Below, piece after piece: positions 17,677 through 24,555 of a stretch of DNA of 64,000 nucleotides. The DNA is taken from assembly GCA_035541455.1 (NCBI GenBank), contig DATKNH010000046.1, positions 8,290 through 72,289 on the forward strand, in the 5' to 3' direction. Below the pieces are notes generated by a model. The model was not told the origin of the DNA. It was given only the letters and a program-made list of their open reading frames with translations, and made no database searches. Numbering within the stretch: the first letter of the stretch is position 1; each line of letters starts with the position of its first letter. A program made the position numbers and the translations under genes. The DNA comes from Syntrophorhabdales bacterium (GTDB taxonomy: Bacteria; Desulfobacterota; Syntrophorhabdia; Syntrophorhabdales; WCHB1-27).

Positions 17677-18489
17677 TTATACTAAGGAACTCAGGGCTTC
17701 TCCCGGGACAAGAACTTTCCCTTTCTCGTCCCACCAGAGAGTCCGAAAACTTTCAGGCTTCCTGTCGAGAAAGAGCTGTGTCACCCGTTTTAGCCGGGTC
17801 GCTGATTCGGCCAGACGCCTGAAATTGCCGAAGATGGTCGCTGCCTGTTCGTCGAGGGCTCGCTTAACGATGGCGCCCTGGCGGAGAATATTGTGCACAT
17901 CAACATCTTTCTCGCCCTTCATCCAATCTTCAATCATGTCCAGAGAAACTTCGATGTGGAACTGCAAACCGTAGGCGCAACTCCCCATCCTGAAAGCCTG
18001 ATTCCGGACAATCACAGATGTTCCAAGCAGCACGCCACTATCGGGAATATCAAACGTATCTTCATGCCACTGAAAAACGGTCAGGGGGCTCTCTACCTGT
18101 TTGAAGAGCCTGTCCTGCCTCGCTTCTTTTGTTAATGTGACCGTGTACCATCCCAATTCCTTCTGGGCCGCTTTCATCACGCGGGCGCCGCAGGCTTTGG
18201 CCAGGAGTTGGGCACCGAGGCAGATACCCAGAAAGGGTATCTCAGCCCTGAGTACCTCCTTTATCAGCACATCTTCCTTTTTAAGAAAGGGGTAAGCCTC
18301 TTCTTCATATACGTTCATCGGCCCCCCGAGTGCAATGACTGCCGCGAAGCCATCCAGACGCTCCGGCAGCGATTCTCCACGGCCAAGCTCTACAGGCACG
18401 AGCCTCCAGCCTGCCTCTTCAAATGACTTTCCAAGCAGGCCGGGACCTTCCTGTTCCACATGCTTCACGATCAAGACAGACTTGTCCAT
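17677..18489 (-). CDS. Class I glutamine amidotransferase (GuaA-like/GATase1) with a C-terminal extension
   Basis: Carries VLIVKH...GPGLLG...AVIALGGPMNVYEE..YPFL...PFLGICLGAQLLA...LQFHIE, giving the Cys-His catalytic context. The ATG at 18489 has a GGAG RBS; the listed TTG at 18501 is less likely. Confidence 0.75.
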   Translation of the reverse strand: MDKSVLIVKHVEQEGPGLLGKSFEEAGWRLVPVELGRGESLPERLDGFAAVIALGGPMNVYEEEAYPFLKKEDVLIKEVLRAEIPFLGICLGAQLLAKACGARVMKAAQKELGWYTVTLTKEARQDRLFKQVESPLTVFQWHEDTFDIPDSGVLLGTSVIVRNQAFRMGSCAYGLQFHIEVSLDMIEDWMKGEKDVDVHNILRQGAIVKRALDEQAATIFGNFRRLAESATRLKRVTQLFLDRKPESFRTLWWDEKGKVLVPGEALSSLV

Positions 18490-18578
18490 GTTTGACTCCA
18501 ATAAAGAACACGCGCCTCCCGGGCAGAACGCACTACCTCGTCGGCGTTAGCAGCCGGGAGCTGATCTCCTGCGTAACC

Positions 18579-20072
18579 CTACATGTCAAAGTACAGATGG
18601 AATTCGTAGGGATGCGGCCGCAAGCGGATCGGGTCTATCTCGTTCTCCCTCTTATATTCGACCCACACATCGATCACATCCTGTGTAAAGACGTTGCCCC
18701 TGAGCAGGAACTCATGATCCTTCTCCAGTGCACCGATTGCGGCTTCCAGGGAGCCGGGCACTGTTGGAATCTTTGCAAATTCTTCCGGATCCATGTGATA
18801 GGTGTCTACGTCAGTCGGTTTTCCAGGATCTATTTTGTTTATTATACCGTCAACACAGGCCATCATGATGGCAGGGAACGCGAGATAAGGGTTGCAGGTG
18901 CAGTCCGGCGGCCTGAATTCAAGCCGTTTAGCCTTCGGGTTGTCCGAATACATCGGAATTCTGACAGCGGCCGAGCGATTACGTGCCGAGTAGACCAGGT
19001 TGACCGGCGCTTCGTATCCCGGCACGAGTCTCTTGTATGAGTTTGTAGTCGGAGCACAGAAGGCAAGCAGGGCGGACGCGTGTTTCAGAAGGCCCCCAAT
19101 CGCATATTTGCCCAGTTTGCTGATGCCCGCATATCCAGCTGCGTCGTAGAAGATATTGGTACCTTTATTCCAGAGTGAGATGTGGGTGTGCATACCTGAG
19201 CCGTTGTCACCAAAGAGAGGCTTGGGCATGAAAGTCGCCACCATATTATTCTTTTTAGACACGTTCTTCACGATATACTTGTACATGAGACACTGATCTG
19301 CCATTTTAACCAGAGGACCGAATTTCATGTCGATCTCACACTGCCCGGCAGTTGCAACTTCGTGGTGATGCACTTCGACCTTTATCCCCGCCTTGATCAT
19401 AGTCAGGATAATTTTGCTCCTCAGGTCCTGGAGCGAGTCATGCGGCGGCACAGGGAAGTAACCCTCTTTGTAGCGAGGCTTATACCCGAGGTTCGGCTTT
19501 TCGTCGCGGCCCGAATTCCATTCGCCTTCGATGGAATCGATGAAGTAGTAGCCCGCATTCTCCGTCTGATCGAAGCGGATATCGTCAAAGATGAAAAACT
19601 CCTGCTCCGGACCGAAGAAACTCTGATCGGCAAAACCAGTTGTCTTCAGGAACTCTTCTGCTTTTTTTGCAACGTAGCGCGGGTCGCGGGTGTAGGGCTT
19701 CTTGGTAATCGGATCGTAAATGTCACACAAGACACTGAGCGTGGGCACCTCACAGACCGGATCGACCACAGCGGTAGTCGGGTCGGGCAGCAGGATCATG
19801 TCTGACTCGTTGATTTTCTGAAAACCCCTGATCGAGGACCCGTCAAAGCCGATCCCCTCTTCCCAGATGGACTGTACGGGATCATCGATCTCGGTCAATT
19901 CGGATGCTGGAATAGAAAAATGTTGCCACAGCCCGGGCAGATCATTGAACTTCAAGTCAACGATCTCGATCTTATTATCCTTTATCAGCTTCCCCACATT
20001 CTGTAGATCTTTTCCGGTTATGCCGCCATTCCAACGTATTGTCTTGTTCTTTTTTTCCGGGTTTTTGTCCAT
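18579..20072 (-). CDS. glnA: Glutamine synthetase type I
   Basis: 497 aa. Carries [43 protein letters not shown] and [13 protein letters not shown], with AAVRIP in the C-terminal part. Confidence 0.9.
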   Translation of the reverse strand: MDKNPEKKNKTIRWNGGITGKDLQNVGKLIKDNKIEIVDLKFNDLPGLWQHFSIPASELTEIDDPVQSIWEEGIGFDGSSIRGFQKINESDMILLPDPTTAVVDPVCEVPTLSVLCDIYDPITKKPYTRDPRYVAKKAEEFLKTTGFADQSFFGPEQEFFIFDDIRFDQTENAGYYFIDSIEGEWNSGRDEKPNLGYKPRYKEGYFPVPPHDSLQDLRSKIILTMIKAGIKVEVHHHEVATAGQCEIDMKFGPLVKMADQCLMYKYIVKNVSKKNNMVATFMPKPLFGDNGSGMHTHISLWNKGTNIFYDAAGYAGISKLGKYAIGGLLKHASALLAFCAPTTNSYKRLVPGYEAPVNLVYSARNRSAAVRIPMYSDNPKAKRLEFRPPDCTCNPYLAFPAIMMACVDGIINKIDPGKPTDVDTYHMDPEEFAKIPTVPGSLEAAIGALEKDHEFLLRGNVFTQDVIDVWVEYKRENEIDPIRLRPHPYEFHLYFDM

Positions 20073-20185
20073 GGCTCCTCCTTAAAGTGTATGATCACAC
20101 TGTAACGACCCTACGTATTTGTGTGAAGTCGCGCCTCTCCTCTTGTGGGGGCGGACAAGCGCGTGTTTCTACACTAGTCCTGTCT

Positions 20186-20199
20186 GAACGTCGCTGTTC
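20186..20199 (-). promoter_or_regulatory. glnA leader hairpin with hexaloop AGCGAC
   Basis: The minus strand reads GAAC-AGCGAC-GUUC. The 11-mer GAACAGCGACG is shared exactly with the amtB leader (22020-22030). Confidence 0.35.
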
Positions 20200-20242
20200 G
20201 GAACGATAATAAGGAGTCCCTCGGAGTCGGTGAGGGGAAGCT

Positions 20243-20258
20243 GGTACGCCAATGTACC
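20243..20258 (-). promoter_or_regulatory. glnA leader hairpin with hexaloop AUUGGC
   Basis: The minus strand reads GGUAC-AUUGGC-GUACC (5 bp stem, hexaloop with A at position 1 and G at position 4). Confidence 0.35.
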
Positions 20259-20399
20259 GAAATACAAACTATACTTACACAGAACATTCCTAAATTTCAA
20301 GTGATAAGAGTAAACATCGGGCCTAGCTCTCCGGGCATCTAGGGCTTTTCGTTCTAGTGCCCGCGGGCGAATGACCCGATGTCGCGATAGGCGCACTTC

Positions 20400-20741
20400 C
20401 TATCCTATGGCTGTGCCTCCCTTCTCTCCTGTCCTGATGCGGATACACTCTTCGAGCGGCAGTACGAAAACCTTACCGTCGCCGATCTCACCCGTTCTGC
20501 CTCCGTTCAGGATAGCATTGATGGTGGACTCCACAAAATTATCATTTACTGCGATGAGGAGTTGCACCTTGCGCAACAGATTGCCCATCTCTTTAACGCC
20601 CCGGTACACTTCGGTGATACCCATCTGGCGTCCGTGGCCAAGCACCTCGCTGACCGTGATGAGATTTACCTCTGCTTTGTAGAGTTCCTGCTTCACGGCC
20701 TCCAGCCTATCCGGTTTTATGATAGCAATAATCAGTTTCAT
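20400..20741 (-). CDS. glnK: Nitrogen regulatory protein P-II (GlnK-type, encoded downstream of amtB)
   Basis: 113 aa from MKLIIAIIKPDRLEAVKQEL. The T-loop region is GHGRQMGITEVYRG and the C-terminus is GDGKVFVLPLEECIRIRTGEKG. The longer ORF start at 20780 would overlap amtB. Confidence 0.9.
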   Translation of the reverse strand: MKLIIAIIKPDRLEAVKQELYKAEVNLITVSEVLGHGRQMGITEVYRGVKEMGNLLRKVQLLIAVNDNFVESTINAILNGGRTGEIGDGKVFVLPLEECIRIRTGEKGGTAIG

Positions 20742-20751
20742 ACCCTTCCCC

Positions 20752-21981
20752 CTATTCAAGTATAGTGTAAGCGTGTTCATGGTGCTGTGTCAGGTCGAGT
20801 CCCATTATCTCGTCCTTCTCTTGTACCCTCATGCCCATGATCCAGTCAACAACCTTGTAAATAATCATGGTGCCAACAAAACTGTAGGCCAGCGTAATTG
20901 CCACTGCAAGCAACTGTATAAGGAACTGCTTAGGATTGCCGAAAAAGAGACCGTCAGCACCATCCGGGTTGATAAGCTTGCTCGCAAAAAGCCCTGTTGC
21001 CAGCGCTCCCCAGATGCCGCCGACACAGTGCACACCGAACGCGTCCAGAGAATCGTCGTATCCGAGCTTCGGCTTAACCACTGCTACGGCTATGAAGCAG
21101 ATCACACTCACAAAGATGCCGATGATGATCGCCGACATCGGCCCCACAAAGCCGGCGGCGGGCGTAATGGCAACAAGCCCTCCGACCGCGCCGGTTGCGG
21201 TACCGAAGATGGTCGGTTTTCCGTTCGTGATCCACTCAATGACCGCCCACGTCAACCCGGCAGTTGCGGCGGCCGTATTAGTCACGACGAAGGCATTTAC
21301 TGCCAGACCGTTCGCCGCCAGTGCGCTGCCCGCATTGAAGCCGAACCAGCCAAACCACAAAAGCGCTGTGCCGAGAACCGTATGGGGCAGATTGTGCGGA
21401 GGAACCGGGGCTTTGTCGTACCCCTTTCTCTTGCCTATAAAGAGCGCGGTTCCCAAGGCGGCGATGCCCGCATTGATGTGCACGACCGTACCGCCTGCAA
21501 AATCAAGCGCGCCAAGCTCCTTGAGCCAGCCGCCAACACCCCAGACCCAATGGGCAACAGGATCATAGATGAAGGTCGCCCAGAGCAAGGTGAAGAGGAG
21601 GAATGCCGAAAACTTCATTCTCTCCGCAAACGCCCCGATGATGAGGGCTGGCGTGATGACAGCGAACATTGCCTGAAAGATCATGAAGGCCGTGTGTGGT
21701 ATGGTGGGAGCGTAGTCCTTGAACGCATCTGCACCGACTCCCGCAAGCCCCACCCATTGGAGGCCTCCCCAAAACCCTTTACCCGGTGCGAACGAAAGAC
21801 TGTAGCCGAAGAGCACCCACTGGAGACTGAGGACACAGAGAATCGTAAAACATTGCATCAGTACACCCAGCACATTCTTTCGGCGTACCATGCCTCCGTA
21901 AAAAAAGGCCAGTCCCGGGGTCATGAGCATTACCAGGCCTGTAGAGATGAGAACCCATGCCGTATCACCTGCATTAATCAT
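20752..21981 (-). CDS. amtB: Ammonium transporter
   Basis: 409 aa. Carries AWVLISTGLVMLMTPGLAFFYGGMVR, DFAGGTVVHINAGIAAL, LLWFGWFGFNAGSA and DDSLDAFGVHCVGGIWG. Confidence 0.92.
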   Translation of the reverse strand: MINAGDTAWVLISTGLVMLMTPGLAFFYGGMVRRKNVLGVLMQCFTILCVLSLQWVLFGYSLSFAPGKGFWGGLQWVGLAGVGADAFKDYAPTIPHTAFMIFQAMFAVITPALIIGAFAERMKFSAFLLFTLLWATFIYDPVAHWVWGVGGWLKELGALDFAGGTVVHINAGIAALGTALFIGKRKGYDKAPVPPHNLPHTVLGTALLWFGWFGFNAGSALAANGLAVNAFVVTNTAAATAGLTWAVIEWITNGKPTIFGTATGAVGGLVAITPAAGFVGPMSAIIIGIFVSVICFIAVAVVKPKLGYDDSLDAFGVHCVGGIWGALATGLFASKLINPDGADGLFFGNPKQFLIQLLAVAITLAYSFVGTMIIYKVVDWIMGMRVQEKDEIMGLDLTQHHEHAYTILE

Positions 21982-22017
21982 GATTGTTCCTCCTTCCCAT
22001 TCCCTTGAAATAAAGAA

Positions 22018-22050
22018 GGCGTCGCTGTTCCAGCGTGGAACAGAGACGCC
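22018..22050 (-). terminator. Long hairpin with a U-rich tail 36 nt upstream of the amtB start (attenuator-like)
   Basis: The minus strand reads GGCGUC-u-CUGUUCCA-cgc-UGGAACAG-c-GACGCC followed by UUCUUUAUUUC. Confidence 0.4.
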
Positions 22051-22067
22051 TTCGTCTCACCCCTTGC

Positions 22068-22100
22068 AATAAAAATGGCGCTCTCGTGAGAAAGCGCCAT
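22068..22100 (-). terminator. Rho-independent terminator between the two amt paralogs
   Basis: The minus strand reads AUGGCGCU-uucucacgag-AGCGCCAU followed by UUUUUAUU. Confidence 0.55.
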
Positions 22101-22239
22101 CGATGGCTTACACTTCTTCGTGCAGACCCAGTCTCTGGGTAACTCTATTTACAAGTAAACGCGCTGCCCTTTTGGTAACCATCCCGCCAACTCCCCACTG
22201 CCCACTAGTTTACGTCCGCTCAGCCCTCACGTTTGACTA

Positions 22240-22270
22240 TAACTGCTCACTGCTTACTGCTCACTTATAG
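22240..22270 (-). repeat. Heptamer-repeat spacer immediately after the amt2 stop codon
   Basis: The minus strand reads AAGTGAGCAG TAAGCAG TGAGCAG TTA. The 16-mer taactgctcactgctt (22240-22255, + strand) is identical to 50948-50963. Confidence 0.6.
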
Positions 22271-22276
22271 CCATCG

Positions 22277-23506
22277 CTATTCTAACAGGGTATACGCGTG
22301 TTCATGATGCTGGGTTAGGTCAAGCCCCATAATCTCCTCTCGATCAGGCACCCTGACCTTTACCAGCACGTTCACAAATTTCATGATAAGGTAGGTCACG
22401 ACGAGGCTGTAGACCGTAACCACTGCCACAGCCGTGAACTGCACGAGGAGCTGGCGGGGATTGCCGTACAGTAATCCGTCGGCACCTGCGGGATTAATTG
22501 CCTTCGACGCGAAAAGCCCCACAGCAAGTGTACCAAGCATGCCACCAACACCGTGCACGCCAAAAGCGTCGAGGGAATCATCGTAACCAAGACGCGGCTT
22601 TATCTCGGCAACAGCAATGAAGCAGACAACGCTTGCCGCGCACCCTATCGCAGACGCGGCTCCTGCGGTGACGAAGCCGGATGCGGGAGTGATGGTCGCA
22701 AGACCTGCTATTGAGCCGGTAATGGTGCCGAATATAGTCGGTTTCCCATTAAAAACCCACTCAAGGAGTGCCCATGTGGCACCCGCGCTCGCTGCTGCGG
22801 TGTGTGTCACGAGAAAGGCGTGCACCGCCAATTCATTTGCGGCCAGTGCGCTGCCTGCATTGAAGCCGAACCAGCCGAACCACAGGAGCGCTGTGCCGAG
22901 AACCGTAAAGGGAAGGTTGTGGGGCGGCACAGGCTTATTTTCGTACCCCTTTCTCCTCCCGATCATGAGCGCGGTCACGAGAGCAGCGATACCTGCGTTG
23001 ATGTGGACGACCGAGCCTCCTGCGAAATCGAGCACACCCAGCTCCTTCAACCAGCCTCCAGCACCCCAGACCCAGTGGCAAACCGGGTCATACACAAAGG
23101 TGGCCCAGAGTACCGTAAAAAGCAAGAACGCCGAAAATTTCATTCGTTCGGCAAAGGCACCGATGATGAGAGCAGGTGTAATGATAGCGAACATGGCCTG
23201 GAAAAGCATGAACAGCTCATGCGGAATCGTAGCTGCGTAATCTGCGTAAGGCTTGAAGCCGACACCGTTCAAACCGAACCAGCTCAAACTGCCGAAGAAG
23301 CCTTTTGATGGCGCAAATGAAAGGCTGTAGCCGAATAGAATCCATTGCAGCGACAATATGCACAGCACGGTAAAGCACTGCATCAGAATGCCAAGAATAT
23401 TCTTTCGCCGCACCATGCCGCCGTAGAAAAAGGCAAGTCCCGGGGTCATGAGCATGACGAGCCCTGTACAGACGAGTACCCACGCGGTATCACCGGTATT
23501 GATCAT
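22277..23506 (-). CDS. amt: Ammonium transporter, second paralog
   Basis: 409 aa, about three-quarters identical by eye to 20752-21981 (the same motif set: DFAGGSVVHINAGIAAL, LLWFGWFGFNAGSA, DDSLDAFGVHGVGG). Confidence 0.92.
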   Translation of the reverse strand: MINTGDTAWVLVCTGLVMLMTPGLAFFYGGMVRRKNILGILMQCFTVLCILSLQWILFGYSLSFAPSKGFFGSLSWFGLNGVGFKPYADYAATIPHELFMLFQAMFAIITPALIIGAFAERMKFSAFLLFTVLWATFVYDPVCHWVWGAGGWLKELGVLDFAGGSVVHINAGIAALVTALMIGRRKGYENKPVPPHNLPFTVLGTALLWFGWFGFNAGSALAANELAVHAFLVTHTAAASAGATWALLEWVFNGKPTIFGTITGSIAGLATITPASGFVTAGAASAIGCAASVVCFIAVAEIKPRLGYDDSLDAFGVHGVGGMLGTLAVGLFASKAINPAGADGLLYGNPRQLLVQFTAVAVVTVYSLVVTYLIMKFVNVLVKVRVPDREEIMGLDLTQHHEHAYTLLE

Positions 23507-23600
23507 GATTCTCCTCCTCCCGAAGTAGTGGAAAGAACTGCTTCGCGCCGCCCGTCATTCCCGTAACGAAAGACGCGTCATGCTGCAGCGTGGAATAAAT

Positions 23601-23630
23601 AAAAAAAGGGCGTCCTCGTAAAGAACGCCC
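23601..23630 (-). terminator. Intrinsic terminator inside the amt2 5' leader
   Basis: The minus strand reads GGGCGUUCU-uuacg-AGGACGCCC (9 bp stem, one G.U) followed by seven U. It lies about 95 nt upstream of the amt2 ATG and downstream of the promoter candidate at 23681-23709. Confidence 0.6.
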
Positions 23631-23639
23631 TTGGTCTCT

Positions 23640-23657
23640 CTACACGTCAACGTGTAG
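23640..23657 (-). promoter_or_regulatory. amt2 leader hairpin (CUACAC-GUUGAC-GUGUAG)
   Basis: A perfect palindrome ctacacgtcaacgtgtag. The core CAC..TGACGTG is shared with the glnN leader hairpin at 9527-9542. Confidence 0.4.
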
Positions 23658-23680
23658 CTTGTTCGCTCCGCTGCACGAGC

Positions 23681-23709
23681 ATGATACAGATTTTTTAATT
23701 TTTTTGCAA
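23681..23709 (-). promoter_or_regulatory. Sigma70-type promoter candidate for amt2 (TTGCAA-N17-TATCAT)
   Basis: On the minus strand the -35 TTGCAA is at 23709-23704, the spacer is 17 nt and A/T-rich, and the -10 TATCAT is at 23686-23681. Confidence 0.5.
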
Positions 23710-23713
23710 GAAA

Positions 23714-23749
23714 AACCTGCGTCGAGGCATGCTGTGAACCGCGCAGGTT
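23714..23749. terminator. Orphan hairpin flanked by A- and T-runs (bidirectional terminator-like)
   Basis: aaaaa-ACCTGCG-(20 nt)-CGCAGGT-tttttt. No annotated gene ends next to it on either strand. Confidence 0.3.
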
Positions 23750-23889
23750 TTTTCGAGGTGCGTAATACCGGACTTATAACGTAGGCCCGGGTTGATATTC
23801 CGGTCGCCAGGCGGGCTCTCAAGCAGAATCTAACGCACGCATACCGCGACAGCTACGGATCTGCAAAGCATCGCTGTTTGTTCTTGCCA

Positions 23890-23936
23890 GTCGGAAAAAT
23901 CCGACCAGATGCTTTTACGCGTCGGAAAAATACGAC
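23890..23936. promoter_or_regulatory. Two palindromic sites (GTCGGA-AAAA-TCCGAC and GTCGGA-AAAA-TACGAC), candidate enhancer-binding-protein UAS
   Basis: There is a perfect 6-4-6 inverted repeat at 23890-23905 and a one-mismatch copy at 23921-23936, 31 bp centre to centre. Further TCGGAAA half-sites begin at 23964 and 24008. They lie 105-150 bp upstream of the sigma54 promoter candidate. Confidence 0.45.
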
Positions 23937-24041
23937 TGCCCGCGCCGCAATCGCACAAAATGCTCGGAAATTCTGAACGCTGCTCGCGTCAAGCCCCTAA
24001 TTTTGCTTCGGAAAAACGCATTCTCTCTCATTAACGAACTG

Positions 24042-24057
24042 TGGCATAGCTGATGCA
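24042..24057 (+). promoter_or_regulatory. Sigma54 (-24/-12) promoter candidate
   Basis: TGGCATagctgATGCA has GG and GC at the canonical 12-nt offset of the consensus TGGCACG-N4-TTGCA. It lies 50 nt upstream of the ATG at 24107. Confidence 0.55.
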
Positions 24058-24106
24058 TCTAGAGGTTCTCAGGAAGTATTAAATAACACAACGGAGGTAG
24101 GGAAGA

Positions 24107-24361
24107 ATGAAGAAGGCATTGATGTTCGTGTTCGCAGTAGTGATTGCGGTTGCATTCGCAGCCACCGGCTTCGCGCAGGCACCGGCAGCGGCACCTGAGA
24201 AACCGGCAGCACCGGAGAAGATGGAGAAGAAAGAGCCGGCTAAGGAGAAGAAGGCTCCGAAGAAGAAGGCTCCGAAGAAAGAGAAGAAGGCAGCTCCGAA
24301 GGAAGAGAAGAAAGAAGCTCCTGCGCCTGCGCCTGCGCCCGCTCCTGCGCCTGGCAAGTAA
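24107..24361 (+). CDS. Small secreted Lys/Pro/Ala/Glu-rich low-complexity protein
   Basis: 84 aa with RBS ggaggtaggg and a signal peptide (MKKALMFVFAVVIAVAFAATGFAQA). The mature part is APEKPAAPEK...KKAPKKKAPKKEKKAAPKEEKKEAPAPAPAPAPAPGK. A terminator follows. Confidence 0.65.
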   Translation: MKKALMFVFAVVIAVAFAATGFAQAPAAAPEKPAAPEKMEKKEPAKEKKAPKKKAPKKEKKAAPKEEKKEAPAPAPAPAPAPGK

Positions 24362-24386
24362 GCACGTTTACCGCAGTGCAAAAAAA

Positions 24387-24414
24387 GGGAGGGATCTATT
24401 CTCTCCCTTTTTTT
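24387..24414 (+). terminator. Rho-independent terminator
   Basis: gggaggg-atctatt-ctctccc followed by ttttttt. Confidence 0.6.
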
Positions 24415-24555
24415 GTGCCATCAGACATCGCATTCCGGTCCGCATCGGCGATGTCTCGCGTGCTGCAAAGAGGTTTCTCGAGTCTGTTCCACTCATACAA
24501 TGTCGAGGCCCTCTAGCTAATGAGAACCGCTGCCTGACCGATAATTCTTAAAACC

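Noticed and set aside
20073-20399. Search for sigma54 (-24/-12) promoters upstream of glnA, and likewise upstream of glnN (9397-9640), amtB and amt2
   Set aside because: Several TGGC-containing strings exist (e.g. TTGGCGTACCAGCTTCC, GGGCACTAGAACG). None places GG and GC at the required 12-nt offset, so no sigma54 call was made for these genes.
20719-22008. 429-aa + strand ORF, with similar long + strand ORFs at 22617-23240 and 22802-23308
   Set aside because: They are antisense to the two ammonium-transporter genes, whose minus-strand translations carry unmistakable Amt motifs. The + strand products are Arg/Pro-rich with no family resemblance.
23507-23700. Possibility that the amt leaders carry the known glutamine riboswitch (glnA RNA motif) or another catalogued riboswitch
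   Set aside because: I could not recognise the conserved core of the glnA/Downstream-peptide motifs or any other riboswitch I know. The structured leaders are reported only as uncharacterised attenuator-like elements.
24144-24551. 135-aa Arg-rich ORF overlapping the small Lys-rich gene in another frame; also a 100-aa minus-strand ORF at 24079-24381
   Set aside because: These are frame shadows of the AAG/GAA/GCN repeats. Only the 24107 frame has an RBS, a signal peptide and a terminator directly after its stop.
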